Notes under the pieces: model-generated | What the model saw: the letters and a program-made list of their open reading frames with translations, nothing else | What the model was told of the DNA's origin: nothing | Database searches by the model: none | Made by a program: the position numbers and the translations under genes | Part shown: positions 23,998 to 37,708 of the stretch, piece after piece | Layout: every line of letters starts with the position of its first letter | How positions within the stretch are numbered: position 1 is the stretch's first letter | From: Utricularia gibba | Lineage: Eukaryota; Plantae; Magnoliophyta | Direction: 5' to 3' | Assembly: GCA_002189035.1 (NCBI GenBank) | Contig: NEEC01000009.1 | Location: forward strand, 1,178,001 to 1,242,000 | DNA: 64,000 nt

Positions 23998-26900
23998 TCA
24001 TGGAGCTGCATAGGAGTCAAAACTGGCGGGTCTCGGAAGCACAGACTCTCTCAAAACTCTAGTGTGTATAGGTTTGAATGGCGGCGAACTGTATGGTCTC
24101 CTAATCAAACTCAACGGCAACCTCAGTATCTGCTTGCGGTTCCTTCTACCTCTGAATAAAACGCTGATTGTTTTCTCACTCTCTGCTTCACCCTCGATAG
24201 CAGAATAATCATGGGGGACATGAGCTTCTTCACTGGTAGAATCACTGCTTTTGGTTAAAGGGAGGACGCTGGAACTGCTAAGCTGTTCAGCCTCTACGGG
24301 GTGGGTGAGAGCCTCATTTGAGGCAATAATATCCATGTCCTTCCTGGAATCATCAACATCCTCTGAAACTGGAACTGGAACTGGCCTAGAAACCGATGCA
24401 ACCATCACTGGAGGTGTAAATTCGCTAGGCCATAATGCCCCAGGTATGAACTCCCGTGTAGTAGAGTGCACCCCGGATTTCCAAGAAAACTGGCCCTGAT
24501 GATAGGGATTGCCACTGGGATGAAAACTGGTGGATGGGATTGTCTGCGACTGAGTGTAGGAGGGTGGATACACAAATGGCATCTGGATCAGGTTAGGTGT
24601 TGATGGTAATGATGATGATGATGATGATTGGTAGTGATGACTGGGAGGAGACATGGGGCTTGGCAAAATAGTGGCATGACCAGGGTGTAGGCTCATGTTC
24701 ATCAACCATGGGCCAATCGGCATAACAGATCCGCTACCAGGAGCCATCTGAATTGTGATAGGCATTGGAGCCACCCTTGGGGAAACAAGTGAAGGATTGT
24801 ACGGAGCTGCTGATGCAGACAACTTTTTACTTGAAACATCGGTGTAGTCAACAGGTGACTTTCCCTTCGATTCTTTGGCTGCTTGAGCATATGACTTTGA
24901 GTCATCACTAGGTTTTAGGTCACTAGATGGCGTTTCCTTTGATTCTTCAGCAACACCAAGAGTTTCTGAAGATTGACCGTGTTTCTCTTCCTTCTCTGAA
25001 AATTCTGTTGTTTCAGTTGATTCACTTGGCAAAGATGGTAGTTTTGCAACAAGGCTATCAAGCGTCTCATCTGTGTGGATCTCTTCCTTTCTATCCAAGA
25101 CCTCAATGGAATCTGCGGCTTGGTCTGAAGTTTCATCGGTTATTTTCCCCTCACTTTCATGCTGTAAGGAAACAGCAGCTTCTACAGCTAAACCCTCAAT
25201 ATTCTCATCTAGATTCTTCTCTAAAGATACTGATGTGGTACCAGATTCTTCGGCAACATACTGTTGTGCTCCACTTTCTTCCTCCTCCCTCTCGTTAAAG
25301 CTTGGAAGAGTACCAGGTCGTGCTACAGCCACTTCCTTATATGATGGAATCTTACCAGAACTGACCAATGAACTTCTCTGAGCCGCTTGCCTTGCCTCTT
25401 TTACTACTGAATCAGGCCTCGGCTTTGTGGGAGGACCCAAGGTACCAGTTTTATCTATGCTGCTGTCCATTGCAACATCTGTAGCGGATGAGGAAGTCTT
25501 GACTCTGTAGGCAACTGTTTTGACAATTTTCCTTCCAAATTTCACTCCTGTTGATGTATGCTTGGCCACATAATACCCTGAAATTCTTCTGGGAGATAAA
25601 GACCGCCGCTTCTTGAACACAAAATGTTTCCCACTTTGAAGGGTATCCTTCCGAGTAGTATCATCTACTTGAGCGACCATATCATCCCTTTGTTGATTCA
25701 AAATCTTACTTCCAAGGTGTCTACTCTGCCTTGCTCGTCCGCCAAAAAAATCAGATGATCTTACTCTTTGAACTGGTTGCCACCCTTCTTCTCCCTCAAT
25801 ATTTTTCTCGAGTGATGCATCCTCAGAAACAGTTGCTTCGATGACACGGTCCTCAGATAAAAGTTGTTCAGGCTGAAGAGTATCTACGGTTGATGCTTCC
25901 ACAGTTTCTCCAGAATGAAGCGGAAACGAGGAAGATTCTTGACTCCTAGAGGACTGCGGGTAAGAATCATAATCCTTTTGACCTCTTGCTGCCTCCTCTT
26001 CCTTCGCAGATTCTATAAGGGACTGAGAGTCTGAAGTGGCTTGATTTTTTTGAAATGACCTTATATTTACCTAGAGTGGTAGCATAATTAAGTCCACACA
26101 ACAATAGAATCATAAAAATCTCTTGGAGAAAAAAAAAATGCAAGCATGGAACCTTTGGGATAAGATGTCTTCTCCTAGGCCCCAATGCATCTTTACCTTT
26201 AGCGTCTTCGTTTGGATTAATATAGTCGAGCAAATCTGACACACTGTCAACACAGGTTACTATTACAAAAAACAAGCAAATTCTGCGATCACCACCCAGC
26301 ACAAGGAATGGTAAATCAAAGTGAAATACTAGATCATCCAGAACACAATTCACCTTAAGTGGCCCTTGCTTGCTATAGATGCATCAGGCTTTTTGGTGCC
26401 CTTTCGTGCAGCTTCTTGCTGCTCAAAAGCTTTGGACTCAAAGTACTCAAGCCATGCTGCAGCATCCTGAAGATTAATTCAGATGCAAGGGCTAATAATT
26501 GCCTAATAAGCGTATTTTACAGTATGAACCCAATATAAGGCTCAGCAACCACATACTTGTGTCCTCAGGTCATCCGGGCCTAGCTTTGCTCTTAGTATCT
26601 GTAATGTTGTTTGTTCATGCTGGACACTCAAAGGGAAGGCTTCCATGAGTGAGAGGGCAATTGCGATAGCATGGTAACTTGCTGCTGTCTGGAAACAACA
26701 AAGAATTAAAAATTATATTGATGAATAAATAATGGAACAAAGGAAAAATGAATAAATATAAAATCGCTAAAGAAACCTGAATATGATCTGGCCCAAGAAG
26801 CGTTTGATTGCATTTGAGAGCTTTATGAAGATATCTCAGGGCAAGATGCACGTTGCCAAGCCCTTCCTCCATCATGGCCACGTTTATGTATGTTGCGGCA

Positions 26901-29900
26901 GTATTTGGATGGAAAGGGCCACACGTCAAATGCAAGAGGTACAATGCTCGTTTCACATATCTAAATGATGCAAAATTAAGTCAACAATCACAAGAAAATG
27001 GAAGACCTTTTTGAGGAAAAAATCAAAATGCTCGTATTATTTGTAATCTTACATACTTAAGAGCCAATTCTGTGTGTTGCAGCCTGTAGTAGAAAACAGC
27101 AAGATCCCCATAGCTTTTCATTGTGTCGGGATGATCAAGACCTAGTTCCCGCTCATTAATATCCAAGGCTTTCTGTTGATATATCGTCGCCTGAATAGAA
27201 TGGACCATCTCAACCTTACGCAATTTCATTTCATATATACAAAGTCTCCAATACAATCACAAATAGATAGGAAGTACCTGATTAAAGTCTCCTGTATGAT
27301 ATAAAACAACAGCAAGAAGACTGTAGGCACCTGCAGTCATTCTATGGTAAGGACCACACACAGCTACTAACTTCGTGAGGGCCTAGCAAAGTGAGCACAC
27401 TGGCAATTAATCATCAATAACCAAAATATAATTTTGCTTGTGAACCGTGGAAACACCTTTGTCCCACAAATGACAGCTTCTTCGAGTTTCCCCTTGTCCA
27501 GTGCTGTTTTTGAGGACTCCAAGAGTTGTCGTCCATCCGCAGAAGAGCATACATATTGCTAAAGAAGGAAAATATTTTCAATAAATAACAAAAAAAAGAG
27601 ATCACAACATGAGGACTTTCATTGCACAAGTTATTCATAGTAAACCTTGTGCACTGGAACAAGGCTGATAATGTCTTCCTTTCGAAAAGGAAAGGCTGAT
27701 TCCATGTCATAGTCCCTAGTTACAATTTCTACCCCGACCTATGAGCAAAGGACATCAGGAATTATTGCTAAAGAGATGACATGTGTATTTGGGTAACAGC
27801 TCATATAGGACAGGTTGGTAAAACAAGAATTCAATAATACCTTGTGACATAAACCACGAAGAATTGCATATTTTCTAATGCCTTCATAGGTTGATTTGCT
27901 CAACTGAAAATCATATCTCTTCTTTAGAAATATCTCAAGCCACTTCCATACTATAAAATGGACACCACAAGGTGGATCCAAATCAGCACTTTCAGGAACT
28001 CCGAGCATCAAATTCAATGTTGCAGCAATAGTTACAGCCATTTTCTCAGGAATCTCAACAGCAGCTATTGTTGCCTGTAGAATATGCTTAAAGGCTCGCA
28101 CCATCATCTCATGGATGCAAAGCGATTGCACATGTGGTAACTTCTCTGAAAGTTTAATCTGATAAACATAATATTTTTTTCAAATAAGCTCCAAGTTTTG
28201 CAAAACTTATGCTAAGAAAATTTACATCCAATGCAACAATACAACAATCAAAGTATTAGAGGATCACTTTTACAAGGAAAAGAGGTTGTTTTCATTCAAT
28301 TGAGTGGCAAAAGGTAAGATTAAATTTGAGGGATTAGAGAGAGATAGAAGAAACATACAACTTGTCCCAAGGAACGCATCCGAAGGCCCCTAGTATGCAT
28401 GAAATCTGACAGTGTACGACCATCCACAGGTGACAGTTCCAAAGATCCAAAATCTGATACCTGCATTATATGCATATCAGTTTTCAAAGAAAGATATGGT
28501 AATTCCAAAAACACTAGTGTTACCATTTTTGGCAGAGCAACTTCATTATAGTATTTTGTTGATAGCTCGACAAGTTCTTCCAGAGACTGAAGGAGATAGT
28601 GATGAGTAATCCTGCCCAAAAGCAAAAGTAAATATATATAAATATACAACAATAAACTTAATACCTTTGCATGAAGTCCAGTCTCTGATTCTTTCAATCT
28701 ACTAAAAGCAGCATCAGATAAGTATGTTTTGAACAAAAGCTCAATTTCACTTGCGGTAACTTTGGAGGCATCAGAAATAGAGCTAATTTCTTCCTTTTGT
28801 GATTCTACATTGCTTGCATCCAAGTTACCTTTTCTACTTTTAAATATCTTGAGAGTTGTCCCTAGTCCTTCAACCTTCATTTTAAAGTCAGTCTTTTCAT
28901 TAGATAGTTTTGTCTGTTTTTCTGTCTTTTTCTGCTCTTGTAAATGTTGAATCCAAGAAGCCCCAAGTTCCCATCGTATAAAAGCGTCAACTTCAGAATC
29001 TGTTTCCTGGAGCTTTGCAACACTTTCTTCCATTAAATTCTTGACAAATACATGTGCAGCCTCAAGTTCTTCTCGCTTGCTATAGTCATTAGTTGCATTC
29101 TCATGAAGTAGAAGTCTCAAACTGCACATAAAGACGTAGTAACTAGCCTAACATATACATTCATGGTTATCATGCGGTATTATAACAATGAACCTGTTGA
29201 TATTAAGGGCATTAGCACCCCCATCTGACTGCTCTATAAGCACCTGGCTTTCTGATGGAGGATGACTGGTGGCATTGGCAATTCCTTGCACTTTCACAAT
29301 AGCGATATAACCAGAGTACCTTACTGTGACAACACCAAGTGGGGCAACATCCTAATTCAACAAATAAGTTTATTAAACTAGAGTGTAATATAGCAAATAC
29401 ATTCGTTTACAATGTCACTATATCAACTTACGCTGACAACAGTATTCTCATCTGCAGTGATTCCCTTAAGCAAGTTTCTCACGCCCAATTCTTTTATGTC
29501 CAATCCAATAGCTAGCTCTCCATCAATCTTAGTATCAACTTTGAAGCTTGCATTGGAAGTATCTTTCATGATATCAATGCTCAGGTCACCAATTTGTTCA
29601 GAATAAACTACTTGACAGTTTGAAACAAATGCAGCCATCTTCGGATCTCCCATTACATATTTAACAGCAAAGATAGCTCGGAAAATAGCAACATCTACAA
29701 GAAGACTATGAAGAAGGAAAACTTTCCGATCTCGAATTTCCCTCTCTTCTGTTGTTTTGCAAGGCATGGAGGCAACGAATAGAAGTTCATTTGCATAAGG
29801 CAGCAAATCACTTTTCCCATACCTGGCCTGACTTCCTCCATTCCCACCCCAAATTTCATCCTCTGTAGGAAGGGGAGGAAATGTAGAAGGCGACTTTGCA

Positions 29901-31684
29901 GCTATAGGAGGGATAAGCCACGTGTTTGCTCTGAAACCATATGGAAGGTTCCCAAACTGTATTAAAGTACATACTGTTATCCTATTTTCTAGAATCTGGA
30001 TAGAAAAGTTGGACAAAAATTGCTAAAAAATTAAAGATATCAAGACTACCTTATTCCTCTCTGAAAATGCATTCATGAGTTCCCCATAAGCCTAAGATGA
30101 AGAAATTGTTTAGTGTCACAATGCCACAAAAATATAAGTTATTTTTTCAACAAACAAAAAGATAAGGACGATGAAACATTTTGACTGACATTATCAAAGG
30201 CTCTACTAAATTGTCTCAACAGATCAACCAGATTGTGGCAAAGAACTTGCTCCTTTCCACTGCAATAGAAACCTTTTGTTGAAGCTTCTACTGAAATCAA
30301 CTTTCCGTTACACAATTTCACCTGCAAACAAACCACTGCACGCACTCGGTCTGGTGTTATATTAATCAAAGTGACCTCAGCGCAATACGACACAACGCCT
30401 CACTGGTTCTCACTTCGAGAGTGAAAAGATGATCTGCACTACAATCTCCATCGCCGTATGTGTTAATCGTCTTCCTTATAACTGTAAATGTAACATCAGT
30501 GAAGGAGAATCATCATTACTGTAACCCGTAACACTGATATAGAAATTAACAACTTCAATGGCGTTGTTTCCAACCGAGGGAGCAGGAGGGAGAGACATTA
30601 CACTGAAGAGGCGGAGTGAGATGCGACAGCGAGAAAAACTCGTAAAAGCGTCCGACCTTGGGAGAGGTATTTTCCATCTCTCCTTCCCCTTCACCACCTG
30701 AACCATCCTTTCTTCCAGATAATGCAACCGGAGAAGGCAACGGCGGCGGAGAGATATTATCGGCTGTGTTACTACTCTTCGATCTTTGTAACCTTCCTGG
30801 TTTCTTCTTCTTATCTTCCAAACCCTTGGCATCCTTCCCCGCCGCCGAGGAATCTTTTACCGGCGAGGGCCCGAACGACGTCGTGCATGCTACGATATCC
30901 AGCAACCTCCTGACATGCGCCGTGGCGCTCTGTTCGTCGTAGTTCTCTGCGTCGTAATATCATCGAGCTCTCAAGGGCGTAAAAGAGAATGTACATCAAT
31001 TCATTCCGGGCCATCGATAGATAATACGTACCTTCCACAAGCGTCAGGGTGCAGGGCTTGAGCACGGTGACATCCATAGTATCTTTTAACCGTGGGCCCT
31101 TCACCTACGCAAAAACCAACGGTTAAAAACACATTAAAAATGACATTCGGATAATATTACAATAAGCTACAAGGCTGTCGAACCAGGAACTAAAATACCT
31201 CATGGGATAGAGAGAAATGGGTGATGCTACAAGTGGCAATGTTGGTGGCTAACAATCGTCGGATATCTATAATCCTATCCGTCGATATCCCCTACGAAAC
31301 CGAAAAAAAAAAAAAAAGCTGCTTATCATGAGTATCAGTGGTGGTGATGATGAATCAGCAGTGTTTCTCTGGAGTCAATATAACCAAGTCCATAAGGCTG
31401 CTCCAGAGTCAAACGCAAAAACCAGTAATATCTGAAGATAAACACCTTAAGAATGACATGGCTTTCATCTGGTAGCTCTACTTTCACATCCATCAGAATC
31501 GGAAGAGCTGCAAGGGGAGTTAGCTATCCATGAGGATGCATGCAAATGACTTCTTGAAACGTTCCTAGTAAAAAAGAACAAGAAAACTAGCAGAAGATTA
31601 TGTTATGTGAAGAGCAGATGTACCCTTATCCTCTTTCTTCTTCTTGTCACCCTTGGTCTTGCCGCGGCCACTCTTGGGAGCCAT
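23998..31684 (-). CDS. REC1: REDUCED CHLOROPLAST COVERAGE 1 / TSS-like CLU-family TPR protein, more than 20 exons
   Basis: Start [20 protein letters not shown] (ATG 31684). Then [59 protein letters not shown], TPRs ([37 protein letters not shown]), [14 protein letters not shown], and C-terminal [17 protein letters not shown]. The exons I traced join in frame. Confidence 0.92.
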
Positions 31685-32778
31685 CGTCCAACGGTATCGA
31701 ACACCTAAATCATTTTAAAAACATAAATTAAAAAAAGATGGATTATGCATGAGTTGCAAGGGAATACCCATAGGAAATCAGTGCAGCATTACATAAGAAG
31801 CAAAAGGGATGAAAGTGGTGAAGCTAACTAACCAGATTATGTGAGAAGAAGACTATTCTTTGAGTGGCTGTGAAGAAATACAGTATTGGAAGCATTAATA
31901 GGAACTTGGAGTTTGAATGGAGAGGGAGGAAGGGGAATAGGCGAAGAGACATGGAGATGCAGAGGTGTGCGATAAGGAAAGAAGGGCTGAGATTTAAACT
32001 TGAGAAACAGATAATGACATCTTGAGTTCATATAAGGAAGGGCTGAGATCTAACCATTAGATTCAAGCATTGGCATTACGTGACAGCTTCTGCCTACAGA
32101 CAAAACGCATTAATATCAATCGAAGTGCATAGTTGATTAACATAGTCAGCAACCCACAATTAACATCATCCAGACCTGGAAGCTACACTTGAAACAAAAA
32201 ACTAGGGACTTCGGTAAGACAGAAACTGCATACCTATATGTTTGAAACCATTGAATCTCTGAAGCAAAACTTGAGACCCTTTTATTACTTGAGCTATCAT
32301 TTTGCTTCAGTACTGGATTTTTAGCTGCATATCATGGAGCGTCCAATGCCTGATGATCAGTAATACTTCTTGACGCTACGTCAGTCTGAAAATGATTTGT
32401 GGATAAATGGGACAACTAGCACCAATCACTTTACGCTTGCTGACATAAGGTAAAATAGACCTAAGACCAAATATTCTAGAGTCTCTAGTGGTTAAAGAAC
32501 TCAAGTTACGAATCCAAAAAGGTAAGGATTCAAATGAAATATGCATATGTGTACAGTGTCTTTCATACCCAAAAAAAGTAAGAGTGAAAGAGAATTTGAG
32601 TTAAAAGATGGATAGCTCTATCATACAGGCAACTTGGTAATTGCTATATTCAACACGCATCAATTTCTCCTATTTCTGCATTAGCAAGCCACACGATCTT
32701 CGTGCGTGTGAAGCATATCCAAACATTGTCAACACGCATCATTGGATAGCATAAGGCCTTGATACCTTGTCAAGTTCA

Positions 32779-33135
32779 CTAAACTAGCATGTTAACTGCT
32801 AGAGACGGAGATCTAACATTGGACCTCCCTCCAACCACCTCAATAACGATCCATGGAATGAAATCTCGAGCTGTATTACATCCATTTCTGTTCAAATTCT
32901 TGGAGCTCAAGATTCCCTGGAACAGTAGACTCAGCAGAGTAAATGATTCACCGGTCTTCACCTTAACAGCATCGATTTCTAAATCTGTACTAGCGCTCCC
33001 AGAACAAACATCCATCATCAAATCTCCCACCGCAATTTCAGTCAGAATGATAACAACTATCAATGGTAACTGATATTTCATTTTTTTCTCTTGTTGCCTC
33101 TCATCAGCAGCAGCAGCATCCTCACCCATGTCCAT
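32779..33135 (-). other. Orphan 118-aa ORF within a putative spliced transcript; no recognisable homology
   Basis: ORF MDMGEDAAAADERQQEKK...NMLV* lies between an acceptor-like site (ggcttag, about 33153) and a donor-like site (aag|gtatca, about 32765), downstream of a site II cluster. Confidence 0.3.
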
Positions 33136-33612
33136 CACCCAATGTTCTCCTTCCTAAGCCTTGAATGTTTTTTTTCCAAGATAACATCGTGAAATAACAG
33201 ATTAGGATGCAAGTTGCATGTCATACTATTCTTTTCTGGTAGTTAATCAATGGAGGCTATTTGATCTAAAAACTACCCAGATTTCAAGTATTGTTCAAGA
33301 AAACACTGATAAAAAAAAGTATTGTTCAAGAGAACATGTTTTCTGTAGAAACCTGAACAGCAGGAAAGATGTCAACATCTGTTACAATTAAACCCGCCAA
33401 AACGATGAACTCCATCTACCAGAGAAATATGCTGCATCAAGAAAACTAAATCTTCGAAGAATCTTACGCGATGCAAACGAGAGAACATGTTTCGCTGAGG
33501 CGCTACGGAGGGTTTTGTATTCAACGAACAAGAAATGATCAAGCTCCAAAGTTCCCGCCACGAGCGCGCCTACGTCGTCATCCGCAAAGGATCGAGGGGG
33601 CGGGCCGCATAT

Positions 33613-33737
33613 TGGGCCAGAAGCAGCGTTCATTAAGCCAAAAATGGGCCAACAGAGTTCAAGCCCAATAACCCCCAACAAGAAGTTCTTATAAATGTGA
33701 AATCAAACCAGACCCGAGGAACCTTTTACTGGGCCCA
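33613..33737. promoter_or_regulatory. Site II (TGGGCY, TCP-binding) element cluster
   Basis: TGGGCC at 33613 and 33645, AGCCCA at 33662, TGGGCCCA at 33730. Confidence 0.6.
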
Positions 33738-33781
33738 AACCCGAACCGGATCTGACAAGGACCCAAACCCAAATCTTGACC

Positions 33782-34419
33782 CAATGGGTTTCGGTTTCAA
33801 TTCTAACAACAAAACAAAGTTATGCAAAACAGAAATTTTAAAATATTTGGAATACATACTTTTCAAGTTTTCACTATAATGATTTTAAAAGTTGAAAAAA
33901 TGAATTAGAATTATAAATATATGAATTATTAAGTTTATTAATAAATTAAATTTTATTAATATTTTAAAATATTTGGATCAGTTTGGTTGATGGAATAAAT
34001 TATCCCAATATAAAATTAAGTAGTATAATAGATTAGAATTAGATGGTAATGTATTTTAATGTGTTTGATTTATGTTGTAATAATTGGGATATGATAATTG
34101 TTTATATGATTAAAATAACGAAAATACCCCTATTTTCCTGAATTGGATTTTCTACAAAAAAAAAGTCATTTATAGTATTGTTGGATGAAATTAAAAAATC
34201 TTATCCAATAAAATTGAATTATTTTATCCTATTTTCATAGAATAATAAATCCATACAGTAAGAGATAATTAATCCATTATTTGTAATCAAATATCGAATA
34301 ACGATATATCATTTAATTATCTCTTTTTATTCTTAAGAACCAAACAGATCCTTTGTGTATTAGTTTTGATTCCAATCTAAATAGTTTGGGTTCGGGTCAG
34401 GGTAGACCCGGACCCATTG
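33782..34419. mobile_element. Degenerate hAT-type non-autonomous element remnant (host of the nested MITE)
   Basis: Inverted ends caatgggt (33782-33789) and acccattg (34412-34419), nearby ACCCG/CGGGT subterminal-type motifs, and an AT-rich interior. No TSD is recognisable. Confidence 0.35.
33975..34351. mobile_element. Tourist-like (PIF/Harbinger) MITE, 377 bp
   Basis: 14-bp TIRs ggatcagtttggtt (33975-33988) and aaccaaacagatcc (34338-34351) with 1 mismatch. TTT flanks both sides as a putative 3-bp TSD. The interior is AT-rich and non-coding. Confidence 0.65.
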
Positions 34420-34646
34420 ACATCTGTGCAACAGCAGCCCTCGAGTTTCCTTCTGGTTTTTACGGTTGAATCAGAAGCGAAATTAACACTGGAGAAGTAC
34501 AACATTTTGCATACATAGAATGGGACTACAAAAAATACAACTTGTACAGTCTCTGTGAAGCACGAGCTTTCTGACAGCTGAGGATCAGTCCCTTGTTCTG
34601 ATCATGCTTCATGGATGGTATTTTACATGCTCCTCTCGTGGAAGGA

Positions 34647-36269
34647 CTATGATTTGTCTTCATCAGAGGGCTGGCATTGCCCCTGGATGGAATCGGAATC
34701 AACGAAGAACTCCTCAACTGAAACAAAACATGCATTAGAACTGGTACCAAGCCAAAGTGCAGTCACAGAATGGAAGATTCAGCCCTTTTTCTATACCATC
34801 TTGATCAGGAGAGTCGAGAAGAATATCTGAATCAGAAGGCAAAAATGGCGAACCGGGATAGCTTCCGAGTGCTCCCAAATCTGCAGACAGGGAGCAGAAT
34901 GAACATGAACATCAGCAATGTGAGCTACTGAGGGCTAAATTCAGTTTCTTGCTTTAAGATTACCCCCAAGTTGGACAAGTCGGCAGATAGGTCCGAAAGG
35001 CTAAAGTTCCATGGAATCTGAGCTAAGGATCTGAGGGAATCTTGTGAAGTTCCAACCCCATTATCAGATGTGAAAGCTGAGTCCAGTACAGAAGTATCCA
35101 CTCCCATGCCTGATATCCCTGATGTGCTGAATGGGAAAGGGCCACTAGAAGCTACAGATGTCGGGCTGACAGGCATATCCGACAGGGACGACATGGCATG
35201 ATGCTGTGGAATCACAGGAGACACTTCTGCGGTGGAAGCATCCATCATCACACTGAAATGTAAAGGATCATCAGAAAAAGAAAGTTGATGCTGGATATGA
35301 TGCATGGAAGAGTTTATGATGCTCACTCATTCCCAGAACTCAAATGCATCGGATGGAAGCTTCCGGATGCCGGGACACCATTGACTATGTGACATCCAGG
35401 AGCAGAGTACGTCATAGGATCAATATGTCCTGGGGCAGGAACAGCAGGAAGCTGCATGATGGGGTATCCCAGAGGCAGATTGTTGGCTGTGCTGCATAGA
35501 AGCAGCGAACGATCGAAATAACATAGATAGAAAATGCAAGAAACTTGTGTTCTTTAATTAGATGATGGGCTTTACGAGGCATAGGATGCATCCCATTATG
35601 CATTGGTGCCAAAGGGACTTTTGGAGCAGGCACCGTGTACTTCATCAGGTGATACTGATGCTCCAAGAGGTGGTTAAATAAGATTATTTGCTTCTTCAGC
35701 TTAAGCCTTATATAGTATGCCGGAAAAACTCTGAGTTCTCTTCTTCTAGCTTCTGCCACACTGAAACAAGTAAAGGGTACATGGTGAACATGAGAAATGC
35801 TATGCTGGCTGTAAATTTCCAGATGGGAGTTACCTAAATTTGTGAAACCAGGGTCTATTCTAGCACGATTCAGTAAGGTTTTTACGACCTCTTCTCTGTT
35901 CATATACAGCTGCAGGCATCGCTCGATCAAGTTCTGAACCTGAATCACAAGGCGAAATCAAACTTAGAGTGATGTGTTCAAGAGGTGGAAAAACAATGAA
36001 AACCAAGAGCATACTCTTGCTCTTACAAGTTCGATGTCCTCTCGCGACACTTTGTTATGATCGTTGCTCGATACTGAGACAGAACCAGCATCCGACACAG
36101 GGTTGTCCTTTTTTCGATCAGGTTTAGAATCGTTGGTGGCAAGATCAGGCTTTATGTCCTGGAAATCCTGTAAGAGGTCTACAAAACTTTAGAAGAAATG
36201 CTTCTGTATGTTATGTGCTGTAGTAGTGAAGATCTTAAACGTGCAAAATCCAACCTCCAGATTCTTCAT
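34647..36269 (-). CDS. TIGR01589 (A_thal_3526) plant-specific domain protein with one apparent 1-bp deletion
   Basis: MKNLE|DFQ..KVSREDIEL|VQNLIERCLQLYMNREEVV..ARIDPGFTNL|VWQKLEEENSEFFR(A)YYIRLKLKKQIILFNHLLEHQ.., then QIPWNFSLSDLSADL and GSPFLPSDSDILLDSP..VEEFFVD..DEDKS*. The frame breaks at CC 35720-35721. A long spliced leader extends to about 37400. Confidence 0.85.
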
Positions 36270-37694
36270 CTCCGCTAACAGAATCCAGAAAGATGTTTCC
36301 CACAGAGTTGTCTATATGAAGCAATAAGAAAGCTGTAAGCTTGCATTTCTCCCCTTCAGCAAAATGTCATCAGCATACGAATGAAAAACCTGCAGAAATT
36401 CTGATCTGAGAATACTCAATGAAATTAAACGAAGGAAGATGCATGGATTTGCAATCAACTGAATTATTGCTGACAGGACCATCATAATAAAACAAATACA
36501 ATCTCATCATTGGAAGAGCACGATTTTAACATCTTCAATGTATCAACAAAAATACACGTTCCAGCAAACTTTCAGCGCATCCGCAACAACTCTTTTGCCT
36601 TCAAACCGAATAGGTGGCAGTGAAACATCAAAGCAGCAACCCCAACAACAGAAATCCAGAAAGAAAAAAAAATAAAAGATCACCAGCCCAACAGAGGCAA
36701 GCTTTATCAATCCAGATTGGAAGTGAAGCTGCACGGTTAAACTGATACCGAGAACTCACAACAACTCAGAAGCAGATTGAAGCTTACATTTGCAGGAATC
36801 TGCAGCAACCCATGAAAAAGTGAATAGAAATATAGAAAGCATAAGGTCCCTTATTGATCAGAGTTGAAACAAGAGCATTGGAAGAAGCATGAAGTAAAGA
36901 CCAAGAAGGATTTCCATCGGGGAAGGAGAAATGGGTTTGGATTTGCGGGAGTCTGTATTGCGGTTCAGTTGCTGGTGTCAAAACTGATAGGGGAGAGAGG
37001 GTCGAACTGAGCTGGTATATATTAGTACCAAAGCATAGAAAAGATGGACAGAGAAACCAGACAAGAGACCAAATCGGGAACACAAAAAATAAAAAGAGAG
37101 AGAGAAACTAGTAATAAATACCAACTTGCTTTTCTTTTCTTCTCTTTTTTTTTAAGAATATCGCAAAGTTGTTTTCTTCTCCGGGATTCTCCGGTATCAT
37201 CAGAATTGAACCAGGTCTTGACTCTTGATAGCGAGATGCCACCAGTAAAAGGTAAAAACAAAGCGCCCCCACTTTTCGGCCACCATTACCTCCAAAAAGC
37301 GAGCTCAACGAAACTGAAGGTGTCACAATGCAGGTTATGGACACTGTTCAGTAGAATTTCAACATCCCATCCCAGAGGAGTGGAAACGCCGTAGATCCTT
37401 TCCCACACTGAAATGGACCACCGCATAAATTTGGTCGGCTTCGTCAACTCTTTCGATCCCATGCAGCTTCTACAGCATCACAGCATTGCCTGGATTCGAT
37501 GTGTCATGCAAACATATAACTAAAATTTAAGTACATAATAAACATGAATTATAATATAAAAGATTAACTGTTATATATAATTTATTATATACTCGATTAT
37601 TCAATTTTATTTTTTGATGTATAATTGTGTATTGTAACACTACTCTCCCATTTATCGGCTGCTCCCGTGAAAAAACCCCCTCCATCCCTCCCTA

Positions 37695-37708
37695 ACACAC
37701 ACACACAC
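37695..37708. repeat. (AC)7 microsatellite
   Basis: Seen directly. Confidence 0.85.
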
